Below, one piece after another: positions 30,401-31,995 of a stretch of DNA of 31,995 bases. The DNA is taken from assembly GCA_038998005.1 (NCBI GenBank), contig JAVZIY010000002.1, forward strand, positions 1 through 31,995. The letters are read 5' to 3'. This DNA is from Candidatus Aenigmatarchaeota archaeon (GTDB lineage: Archaea > Aenigmatarchaeota > Aenigmatarchaeia > CG10238-14 > SCSR01). Below the pieces are notes generated by a model that was not told where the DNA came from, did no database searches, and was given only the letters and a program-made list of their open reading frames with translations. How positions within the stretch are numbered: position 1 is the stretch's first letter; the number at the start of each line of letters is the position of its first letter. The translations under genes and the position numbers were made by a program.

Positions 30401-31738
30401 TCCATAGTAATAAGAATCACCAACAAAAACAGCTTTCCATTTGTGTTCGCCAACTGAGTAAGTACAGTCTGGGTCGAATGCTATGGTTAAATAACCTAAG
30501 CTTGAAGAGTTAGACCATTTTCCCCAAGTTCCATCTTTTGTAACGTTTATGTAAAGAGTGTCAGAACCTTTATCTAAGTAGCTATTAGTGAAAGTATCAA
30601 AAAGTCTTGCTTCTAAAATAGTTGTATTGCTTCCTACTCTGCTAGCCCAAGAATCATTTCCTTGTGAGTAGACCCAATAAGTGTTTCTTTTAGTAACGTT
30701 GAAAGTTTTGGTAGAAGTTCCTGCATAGCCAGAATGCAAATCACTTGCGTTTATAAACCATTCATAGTCTCCTATATCAGTTCCAGAAGTATACTTTTTG
30801 CTCAATTCAACTTGTTTATTTATACAATCTGAGCAAAGTGTTGAGTTAGCTAAAGAAAATTCTCCTGTAGGTAATTTTCTTATCCATAGGCTTACGTTAA
30901 CTGTATCATCATCATCTGTTACGTTTACTTTGAAAACAAAAGTCGAACCCCAAGGTGCTTGCTGTGGAGAAACGAATTCATTTGTTAAAACAGGATTGAC
31001 TTGATGGAAGAAGACTTGGTTTCTAATTTTTGTTCCATTATTATAGTAAGATCTTGAAGAATTCATCTCAACATTATACCAACCTGAAGGATTGGAAGAA
31101 ATGTTCCATGTGCAATTGTAAAAGCCGTTTCCTTCACTTAAAACTTGCTCACAAACTGTTGAAAAGGCATTATAGCCAGAGTGGAAAATTCTGAAAGTTA
31201 CCGAAGCATCGCTTATTATTAAACCGCATTCATCGGTTACGTTTCCTCTTACAGTTACATTTTCGTTAGAGAGATAAGCTTCTCCATTTGGTTCACTAAC
31301 ACTGTTGTTTAGCCAGCCTTTTATATTTGTGGTTAAGGTTAAAGTTGAGTTAACGTCTTTGTAGCAAGAATCTTGGTAAGTTCCAGCCTTCCAGTATTGC
31401 ATGCTAGCTGAATAATCACAGTTCGGAGAGAATGAAGATGCTAAATAACCTTGAGAGTCTGTTATATTCTGCCAACCTGAATCATAATTTACTTGGTCTT
31501 TTGTCACCCAAACTTTTCCTTGAACATTATAAGGAACATAACTTTTATTATCTGTATCATAAATTCTTACTTTTAGCAAAACTGAGCCAGAATTTCTGTT
31601 AACCCAAGAGTTATTACCTTCGGACAAACCAGAATATTCAATGATAACGTCATCCTTAGTAAAAGTGAAGTTTTTCCCTGGTCTATCAGTAGAGTTGTGA
31701 GCATCACTTGCGTTGAACTTGAAATAATACTCAGGCAT
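6461..31738 (-). CDS. Giant surface protein: repetitive beta-sandwich stalk + single TM + C-terminal FtsK/HerA (DUF87-type) ATPase; 5' end truncated
   Basis: Uninterrupted 8425-aa frame, open a further 54 codons to 31900. It has about 18 repeat modules, TM WATYIILFVGVPSLLIGM, Walker A GGTGSGKT, Walker B LLVYDEVH and the REFRKWGIGLFLISQ motif. Confidence 0.93.
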   Translation of the reverse strand: MPEYYFKFNASDAHNSTDRPGKNFTFTKDDVIIEYSGLSEGNNSWVNRNSGSVLLKVRIYDTDNKSYVPYNVQGKVWVTKDQVNYDSGWQNITDSQGYLASSFSPNCDYSASMQYWKAGTYQDSCYKDVNSTLTLTTNIKGWLNNSVSEPNGEAYLSNENVTVRGNVTDECGLIISDASVTFRIFHSGYNAFSTVCEQVLSEGNGFYNCTWNISSNPSGWYNVEMNSSRSYYNNGTKIRNQVFFHQVNPVLTNEFVSPQQAPWGSTFVFKVNVTDDDDTVNVSLWIRKLPTGEFSLANSTLCSDCINKQVELSKKYTSGTDIGDYEWFINASDLHSGYAGTSTKTFNVTKRNTYWVYSQGNDSWASRVGSNTTILEARLFDTFTNSYLDKGSDTLYINVTKDGTWGKWSNSSSLGYLTIAFDPDCTYSVGEHKWKAVFVGDSYYYGSESQNFTVNIYSEFYAQVLQPNGEVYSEGENIQIIGRLRDECLNNIPGATTIFRVYPGDYSCDPEPANDLGNGNYSCTFGTSGLLGWYDISMNSSKNYFNDTYTLKQNAFQIRRKPSITSYQISPEQEGWGYNFTVNAYLLDADSGDTLNISLWKSYNGINWVYVSSQIKVDCTSGCDIIFNPEFTCSDYLSSSTIYLKLNVSDSYGLKNETSSFTVTLEKDDVSFNTIQAPSSVDREGGTGVFVVRVNDTDKNAWLDDSQESVKGYFWFTKEPSSPTWDSGWFATVNSSGYMQVSFDPNCSYAASYQYWKVGILDNNCYADTNSTELGFTIKGQLKSNLYLPKRFSEFNVSDLINIRWSVYSDCYGISEAYDSGNITGVSNVLNLYNFGNSSSCIDINEIFEGNYNCTWNSTSQPEGNWTINVQVSKTNYNSNSTNFTNWFWLENLAPEIVEIEVSPEQAGWGSVFNYSVYVNDKENDEVTCLLYVNTTGSFVFKGINTTSTPGLCNVIVNDFTCQDQSNASFYFIVNDTFNKVNTSEIFGVTQGPNITKNSISITLIQGNGAKVNRSDNNPIGNKTKLILKVNDTTRNSVPLENTNGSIWMTYDFSNYYQYFVKTNSSGYFNFDFDPDCSGPYYQTGKQYWIAAVIDDVCYETKYTNSTPTENYTVDVIGDLILEIISPKGEKYLRSNYPDGQNVNLTARITSDCSVEGGLSDAQTSFILTQGSTVKNCSPIESLGNGYYNCTLNTSDFSAKGWNATFNASKDYFNPSSLTDIFQIWQKGFWVETKPVLTTDFSYVSYNSTGHIGDGGWGETWIFWVNVTDEDEDTLNVNLYINRSDDGEWAQPVSGEGNTTNTTAKGINTTVTFVLKLPSPVALGGSSPIGPHAFKFNVSEKEDIFGNSSIDFPQNINETGNGTFVYQKDDIILEHIAGNTTVVNRTGNQIQTLTVRVYDADRGIYPIFKSDGASIWVTTDLASNYVPLTGTTSVQNSYINTSATQFDPTCSFSVGPQKWKAGITSDNLHYKETNSSEFFINITTVSLSFKYISPKNGKLFIKFPIPADSILLVGNVSDDCGGVNQSTANFYLYRGETIKVCSLIGTIIDYNNGTYGCLISNSTLYSDPELDYGYWNVSFNASKSYYNSSEEEFEQNALYIASRPKLTTGSAYVSTGNHTSGWGDLWFFEVGVEDEDYLGEQGSLVNVSFWVNLTGQWEYVGSQVCSPPCTGIGINALKFEKSFSCENIGTRFFKFNATDNFYSSDKRFRAESSTQSFALSPDLASLTIEQGDGSSVNRVGIETSILKASITDWSKEGITVTEQGISGRIYITKNRTTFDSFIPLTTGSDGLFTYDFDPNCSYYTGRQWWKVELTDSCYSSTSSQNATVYVYGQLYSNLEYPPSGWVNGTGTLIPIILDVKSDCSGYIDEESPGVPNSTEGISYPIKVRRPDDSTIENCYPWQDWENGTYNCTFDTIYHPPGYYDIILSSAKQYFIPNTTYYYDWFELTNLPPSYQNPQVTPSIGGWGSKYNFSIEVKDTDLDLVNCSLFVSTDDGLTWRYVNSTIISGSSQWQNCSFTLVEPYACNSTYFDVGNDNWFRFNLTDEVGQTSVVTTPGPEITKDNITITYVYGNNTNITRASGFLPLKVYVFDTVRNKAVGSYGSAQARISFNVTKDGTNYVLVGSNQTYASLPGNVTFNFDPSCEFDVGYQQWFAFYNSSVGAGGECYYYNESERFSIGIVGQLVNYVVSPNSTKNRFVREEENITFRGNVTTDCSAKDGLITNANVTFEATHAGTGGKYYCDEPLINEGNGYYSCLFINNASKPTRNYKLNMSSSNVSWFNPGWTEVTGLCTPTPCAFFVVTKPSLSSPSVSYTQDGGWGESWQFSITLSDPDLDVNTVRLWVRNTTPAPSACPEASAWPDFYLKGSQSVSQGNIIFNYPSPAFSSACAGVSFEFFFNTSDGERTANTSLLTFTVQKDDVNITLVEGNSAILNRSLAPYQENVTFSIRIYDTDRNVLLGVGTPGTIKFYVTTDPNNPNSFVVEESIPQIGAGGFVNHTFPKAETRCNYGIGPLRWRAEFGSTSTIYKATNSTSTYGDDFYITLITYPLQVSVIAPNNQSFRRNVDLITYVGNVSDDCGGVKGASVEFRAYPEEINPSSTCLPSEVTDYNNGTYSCSRMPSEDWQMTYHNLTINASKQYYEPSEIFEKQDSFVIVTNPTLTLLIPTSKCRASECLGSDNNFGWGELWNFSAIVQDLDQGAYSFEKLNVSLWIDFGSGYQLVNSTLCYAPTCQSQKLITFLQTFDCGKIGSWNYKINISDYWGYKNESSGGIIINPNSIEVEYVSSPTKIDREIGTTQGTFILRIKDLDKDEYLPSGVNASFFFTKDGSTFNVKNDVKTNSSGHINITLDPDCSYSVGIQKWDGGISGDYCYYSENYTQRIGGPYAPPEYNISGQIKVNLLQPYYQQIFNVTQQILIRFNTTSDCSEEGLIANATYPLAQIELRSPYGEWETCSPLNNEYNGWYNCTWDSTNKKEGYWSINLTASKLPNYNLNETMFENFFWLENVYSVAENTSVSPSQGGWSRLFNYSIDIYDQEGDTINCSLFISKDNQQTWEYKGSYIVQGNPGIPTQGKCFVQVHDFDCEDIGEDNWFKWQIQNGEPANTYNTSAVQGPNITESTVSITYIEGNDSYLNRSSGINQIKRFGVNVYDIENSSYAPNVNVSFWVTNDSTNYRLNVKNQTDYLGNASYYFDPDCSYAVGKQYWIAGVTDSCYLDANTTSNFTIYVIGDLSNSILQPVGGTEYKRGENITIRGYVSSDCSWEVLNESVSVNFVSIHSETGQQFICSPVLNENDGHYNCTFNTSSPAIMPARFYNIKFNSSKQYYNPYETTGNNNFWIETAPTLTNPSVNNTQGGWGEWYTFSINVTDEDRDDVRVWLWRRRVGTEAWSQFGTPLTKSSGIVSQVLNFTRTFTCDDLNYGANQVWEFMFNATDDPTTYADDKANSTTISLTLEKNDIAVIYVEGNNSVVNRSVAPSQSNATLRVQVIDTDRNISVSSEPGTARFYVTTNPYDVNSYAVDKTITTGTETGGYLTDIFPTSPRCNYKIGPLRWKTEFGSTCYKTTNSSVFFLNTTTYPLQVEIQRPNNETFRRAIDTILLRGNVSDDCGLVSGAEVSLKTVKGVFSYGCPDDVGINDEGNGWYNCSFVSSSTWSLGYYNATMEASKEFYEGSEIKTKINASVLVTNPQIQGLSVTTSDTVNPGGWGELWAFSAQVRDIDQGISELGFEKLNISLWIDFGSGYQLVNSTLCYAPACSEWAEISFTQHDFNCQHIGTRAYKWNVSDVWNYKVEASDSVTVSQDDVEFPTNEITEPNIIEREGSKEGIFVFRIKDKDNNSYVPANVNASIWFTTNASDQTSWDYTRHLTTNSSGYVTYGFDPNCSYSVGIQYWKGGSLDSCYEVKNMTPRTFEIKGQLKNQLNQPSFGSVYNVTELISINFTTLSDCSAYRGDENPVINASSYTIELKSPLETWESCLPINNSYQGWYNCTWNSTGKKEGFWSIRLNSTKEYFNQNSTVYENWFQLVNWNATNTSIPIVNPSEAGWSRIFNYSIAVYDQEGDTINCSLFISKDNQQTWEYKGSYIIQGTPGIPTQGTCWVALHNFTCEDIDKPEGQEWIVSKAKWFKWQIENGEPENAWFTDAIQGPNITESQVLISYIVGDNSYVNRSSGINQVVRLAVNVFDLENLSYASNVNVSFWVTNDSTNYRVDIINQTDSFGNASYYFNPDCSYSIGKQYWIAGVTDSCYLDINASSNFTSYIIGDLIPTITSPKGEKYLRSDYEDGQLVSFNASIKDECGLAITNAQLNFSGIKDSEVKWCEEVINLGDGNYSCKLNTTNFRAQGWNSSVNVSANFYNSNSSLETFVIWQKGFWVETKPVLTTEWWYESRDYLGNLGDGGWGETWYFRVNATDEDYDILEVKLWVNSSQAGGDWAQPLSSMTNSSVQGKNVTVTFVIPAWSTYSNPGLGSHIFKFNVSEVKDIYNNATKDFVNNTYEIGNGNFTITKDDLLLIHVEGNNTSVHRPENNYQTLSVKVFDKDKGSDVTSGILSTNVRIWVTNNLAFNFTPIPSTFSSGYINTSSGQFDPDCNFKVGPQKWKAGVLYAEAYKAANSSEFSINITTDPLNIELLQPLNAKFYLKGIEDVPVKVKVTDECGGVSEANVTIISQQLGAYPQNKDCVEDQSPKGQIFYEGNGIYNCTFRADTTAQEEPTWLYGYTNVSVQAFKTYYNDSEVNFTINSYYLTSKPEITLKSLYTDYGTSGWGENWHFPVDIEDKDYNAQLGSVINVYLWLNLTGSWELFGYKTCVPAVGNCTNLEFYPVNFTCNRTYSDVGIKGYKINASDNFNYTDEEQSSFTITQDQADIADVKYSKSSIAREFSDSAWFASLFVDTIRGLEITYENVSGKIYITTDSSNYLFNLSLLSQPNGYFNYTFDPNCSFSVGMQKWKINLEDSCYYTASSGEQGFTIIGQLKNSLIEPAYGSNIEIEVGKTVNVTSSIKGECGENVESASVTHEARWPDLTFENITPVEELGSGFYNSTWNITFKKGGYYSFRVNSSKEYYYSNSSLFVDWIYLNNTPPLVENFSVIPSSAGWGNNFTFSADIDDIQLDNVTCKLFTFTPSSSSWVYRGNATVYGGKGNCSITVSNFNCQDVNYTLNWFKFEIDDGTNLFNTSNISAPNIERDPVEIEYVYGNESIANRSMYQKDLLVLRIKDSIRNSYVGSGIQGRIFVTKDGTNYDSGTQNTTNSTGYLNVYFDAKSDYEVGPQYWKGGTYQDSCYLDANSSEFILIVYGDLINYLLIPETYTEYLKPEENISIRVSVTDDYPVAVSDASVNITLIHGLQNFECSPVYPMGNGEYNCTRNTSTLVAGIYNISIASNKTYYNNGYTLKENAFFIKTKPILYGENVSSQQDGTLGGWGETWTFKVNVTDEDLDNVTVYLYVKWENDADWTLANVSDYESNPELQGPLNVSVILNYKNPGLFQNKKGNWSYKFVAQDSRGYQTETLPKNFTIEKDDVQIQVWTGNGEIVWRNGTQILYLRVNVTDIDRNLPAENANVTFWVTLNGNDFDSGTSTSSDFEGVAEYPFDPNCDYSTGIQKWKAGMVYDQYYKEFTTQNFTLIIKTLMQLNITYPDGQSFLIGEKVPFIGYVYDECFGIPGATVTFKDIRGYSDWSCTPVSDLGNGTYNCTFDTSGKPYEWHDVEMTALKQYYENYPTPSVRTKTNAYFLASQPSLSDLSVDHSFGGWGELYTFSVKITDLDKNYNNITLWKSSDNQTWNLVDWKWVKASYSNMPVSFSVRFGCEDYLNGEDGKLYYKINTSDEYGYKATTEVKNITLERDDVYLSIGADSNSSVRRIGNNEAYFRLIIKDTDYGIYPSNVNGTVWITEDGSSYTVILNCTSTLGNCSVFYNPNCNSNVGIQYWKAGTTDICYKEVNTSSQTFTVYGQLNVSLIYPLNGAIINRGKITSLNASVSGECSEIIGDASVNWYNSSFNLLASGYNTSWNVPKTYKLGPETIYVNASRQYYDPNSNSSSIYIYGWSELDSISPANGTIASAGTPITITCHVRDSNTSQSIADYIINFLKNGTSLANVSTNENGYASYVWYTTGEAAGWYNLTCAIESNSTLYYNTSTSQIETLVKLARPLIIDQIVRQYSWIYRNDSFAPHQTNISVHVKDAGIGDAENANVSFYNSTHFLNSCLTNSSGWCSFVNFNADDSITPGPYTIYMNATKPGNEDSLTNTTIITIKGILNTTIILPLNESYYSKSQSIPLKANGSSENGESFAELLPIVKWYNETAQIAQGMDTYLPQPQVAEQRTGWHSFMAVASKSYYDDGIANVSVLITSLSDVVWISPVGIIPYPQGFYPTCLVKDHESGAGISDYTVNFSYKWEPSTQFIYNGSYQTNSSGYASYSFIPEQKGNITFNCTIGDNGTQYYSANIKEAIETIWVKDLEPPKIYNASIIPNSSIEANLNSTNITATIVDNYEIDSVWANITMPNGTIIILSMNNITIPEKSFGFFEATYSVSYLPPIGGTYNISIYARDFAPEYNINSTFVESIEVWGKTFGLIEQVPQEIVAYNITQTKGFSFDVRITFTNIGPATAYSVNLTHTEEPLGSLTYNETMKECGTLYANQNCTWDLRVTVPPATLPQLITSYIIAGWREPDNTLGQTFNSTSITVSSNPVVEISPKEIVKETPHDKSTYVGNVTTFAAGNDDLRDTKLITVGGNLFLDCPLCYLSVVPSEIGLLGAGQSIVSHISLTVPAGQAPGIYWTKLRANTSNAGYDEMLLNLTIPVNNSWIRNPETFGTVLLPLNTSGKIGNITVKNIGNVKITFEILKSGNGSAFITAYPSGAPQTTAFDLEKLMERNVSLDYTVSSNAVEGIYTVEIVVRNVTPANPKERRTNITLNVTDIPPIIEDVFVEPRVFEVGYENVTIQAKITDNFAVDKAWINVTLPNETIEVHFMDKFGDIYNLSYFSLNEGIHLIKICANDTRSLEACTQAIEVEGSKTTWLEIIPNATQIIADDITIDYGQNFTVNITLNNTGGSRAFDSNLTINASNITAFPEFFEFGTILKKQVKSNLTEIRIPNATPAGIYYISLNASWRNLNDTYNSSNKTIIVNVTKNPKLIVLEENITKIIPGGTAGNTSFTIKSIGNENVTNVSINCSSGKVCEDFDVLFEPENFTLIPVGETRKVNVSIYVPPNYQTGSYNGSIEIKYDGKASYLQVYVNVPINISWEHLEKEIHRSVLQADSGYFGSLTIVNTGNSEIPLSLVVTGNIKPYLNLSEKEIILPYAGSKTIHIYYSSPDIPYDTNYTGKIISNITGELRENASIKMQESFVSMFVSVYKVKIISPTKANPLTRVLPNDLIEAKVNISANSSYVTQNVSFNISIFNSSLSSLSVINSSYFNSSENLWRVKFYAPELSIARVYSLNVTASYNGTKYLVRSDIEEDSIVYMDNIPPIITLILPVRVPANSTISIKANVTESGGIKNITGNLTYPNGGSETINFSLISKIVDNYLYEFNFSNTSLIGNYTIEIKACDLSENCNLETSSFEIYPTVLFSGYAKNIELLGEPVIDLSFNLFDAGTKVKRFEIIPNLTTGIYNETIDAKSYDLALQLKEYGFSHRIEMYNLSLIQNYFNPVVVGNIPSVRTSTSVLKSIYVYTILKPSYYILYFNFSDCVEGGCNVPIHDPSRLGIYRYGGNWTPKITTAQNSLWVRITNPNRDNSDNSVNISAFYVKANLTDLSGAYVLAEFICGNGECESEYGETTENCPSDCPYLPPAPTPVVPVTGGGAGAITIPAIPAIPAIPPGAGPGANVTLAPVQIKSTLLETTLVPGEEKIFSIDVTNNLDKLIDVRITVEGPAFQLLTIQKPVFNVPPKGLGVTAIRAYAPLTIAPGIYTGDIVVKTENIEDRIPVTIVVKPVLEPLLDVKVTVLSKAVNPGQNLTFELKLVNMGETEKIEDITVTYTVRSLLDPRIVIATSQETLAVSTVNTVRREIKIPEGTSEGRYLIEVNASYWYGGKYALSSDNFDVTVLPLPLFILRTIFMHWATYIILFVGVPSLLIGMKWLAAYRAAKAAKARYISPVEFKKLPQPGPNAIEVGKIAETNIKAYIDLSQLIMHSIAAGGTGSGKTVSAMVSAEELLKRKVPIIVFDPTAQWTGFMKPCRLKAMLDLYPQFGLKPTDARGFKTNIVLVDDPNMEIDIKKYMNPGEITVFVMNRLKPEDLDGFVRRSIQSVFDMRPPESKEIKLLLVYDEVHRLLPKYGGKGGYVAIERACREFRKWGIGLFLISQVLLDFKGAIRANIANEIQLRTKYEGDIGRVKSKYGSDYASKVTKLTIGTGLFQNPEYNYGKPWFIAFRPLLHSPFALTDDEINQYVKLNKKIEEFEKKVEELKKKKIDTYDIEIELNIAKDKLKTGAFRMAETYLESIGKRIERLGG
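6680..7486 (-). other. Cytoplasmic FtsK/HerA-superfamily ATPase domain of the giant protein
   Basis: Walker A GGTGSGKT (7382..7405), IIVFDPT strand, Walker B DE (7013..7018), RKxG arginine-finger motif and the SQ motif typical of HerA/VirB4/TraG ATPases. Confidence 0.9.
7583..7636 (-). other. Single transmembrane helix of the giant protein
   Basis: WATYIILFVGVPSLLIGM followed by basic KWLAAYRAAKAAKAR (positive-inside rule). Confidence 0.85.
8358..8384 (+). repeat. 9-bp tandem repeat x3 encoding (IPA)3 in a Pro/Gly linker
   Basis: GGAATTGCT GGAATTGCT GGAATTGCA read directly. Confidence 0.9.
8456..8518 (-). other. Cys-rich CGNG-C-E-GE-CP-DC motif
   Basis: CGNGECESEYGETTENCPSDC directly before the Pro-rich linker; a small disulfide knot typical of surface proteins. 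Confidence 0.75.
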
Positions 31739-31900
31739 GTCGTTACAGTTAAATCCCTTGTAGTAGAAAGTTAGCTCAGTCTTTATTCCACAATCATAGC
31801 AAATTTGAGAATCAACATACCACCAAGTAGAATTGTCTGGAGATAGCCATAAGCTTACATTAACATCGTCTGCATTTTCATCGCTAACGTAATATCTTTT
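13690..31900 (-). repeat. Array of ~18 degenerate ~340-aa (~1 kb) coding modules
   Basis: G/P-W-G/S anchor motifs at about 30950, 30012, 29013, 27970, 26875, 25843, 24784, 23695, 22682, 21682, 20641, 19627, 18568, 17482, 16491, 15520 and 14539 (17 copies, spacing about 940-1095 nt), plus a truncated first module. Each module also has KDD, FDPxCxYxxGxQxW and GxYxC motifs. Confidence 0.92.
19476..22650 (+). repeat. Near-identical direct repeat pair inside the giant gene (19476..19596 and 22530..22650)
   Basis: 121 bp with 7 mismatches by hand alignment; offset 3054 nt. Confidence 0.9.
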
Positions 31901-31905
31901 TCATC

Positions 31906-31995
31906 TCAACGCAAACGAGTATTTTTAAGCTGTTGGCTCATCATAAAAATGCTTATAGCCAAAAGAAAGTAAAATGCGTAATGTGGAGTTATAAA
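31906..31995 (-). CDS. Possible 3' end of an upstream membrane-protein gene (partial)
   Basis: Frame ...FITPHYAFYFLLAISIFMMSQQLKNTRLR* (hydrophobic helix plus basic tail) ends with TGA 1 nt before an ATG at 31904. Only 29 codons are visible. Confidence 0.3.
   Translation of the reverse strand, partial: FITPHYAFYFLLAISIFMMSQQLKNTRLR

Noticed and set aside
7080-31004. All short ORFs nested in the giant gene
   Set aside because: Antisense or off-frame by-products of a 25-kb coding frame; none has a plausible domain or independent signals.
13690-31900. CRISPR array or diversity-generating retroelement TR/VR pair
   Set aside because: The repeats are ~1-kb in-frame coding modules. Mismatches between near-identical blocks are not adenine-specific, and no reverse transcriptase or cas gene is present.
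31930-31965. Imperfect hairpin CTGTTGGCT...AGCCAAAAG near the broken gene end, considered as an IS200/605 end or group II intron domain
   Set aside because: Short stem, no match to the domain V pattern, and no transposase, RT or terminal repeat visible. It cannot be excluded without flanking sequence.
31901-31995. Stop-codon readthrough or recoding extending the giant gene further upstream
   Set aside because: Two in-frame stops (TAA and TGA) lie 8 codons apart, and the upstream translation (YNSTLRILLSFGYKHFYDEPTA*KYSFALR*) lacks the GWG motif. Other genes use TAA, TAG and TGA as normal stops.

Overview
AT-rich archaeal DNA. Assignment to DPANN (e.g. Aenigmarchaeota/Woesearchaeota) is inferred from protein style only. 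About 80% of the window is one minus-strand ORF (6461..31738, 8425 aa; the frame stays open to 31900). It encodes a giant, Cys- and N-x-S/T-rich extracellular stalk of about 18 tandem ~340-aa modules arranged in a period-3 super-repeat. The stalk is followed by Ig/NEW3-like domains, a Cys-rich knot, a Pro linker, one transmembrane helix and a cytoplasmic FtsK/HerA (DUF87-type) P-loop ATPase. Its 5' end is broken: it starts mid-module, has no signal peptide and abuts unrelated sequence. Downstream are a coupled 613-aa coiled-coil protein, a convergent tandem pair of ~95-aa helical-hairpin paralogues sharing a motif with it, a minimal HExxH membrane protein, a small helical protein, a stand-alone response regulator and a CheC-like phosphatase. 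At the left edge is the 5' part of a second large surface protein, absent from the ORF track, that is paralogous to the giant's stalk. I recognised no RNA genes, CRISPR arrays or mobile elements.
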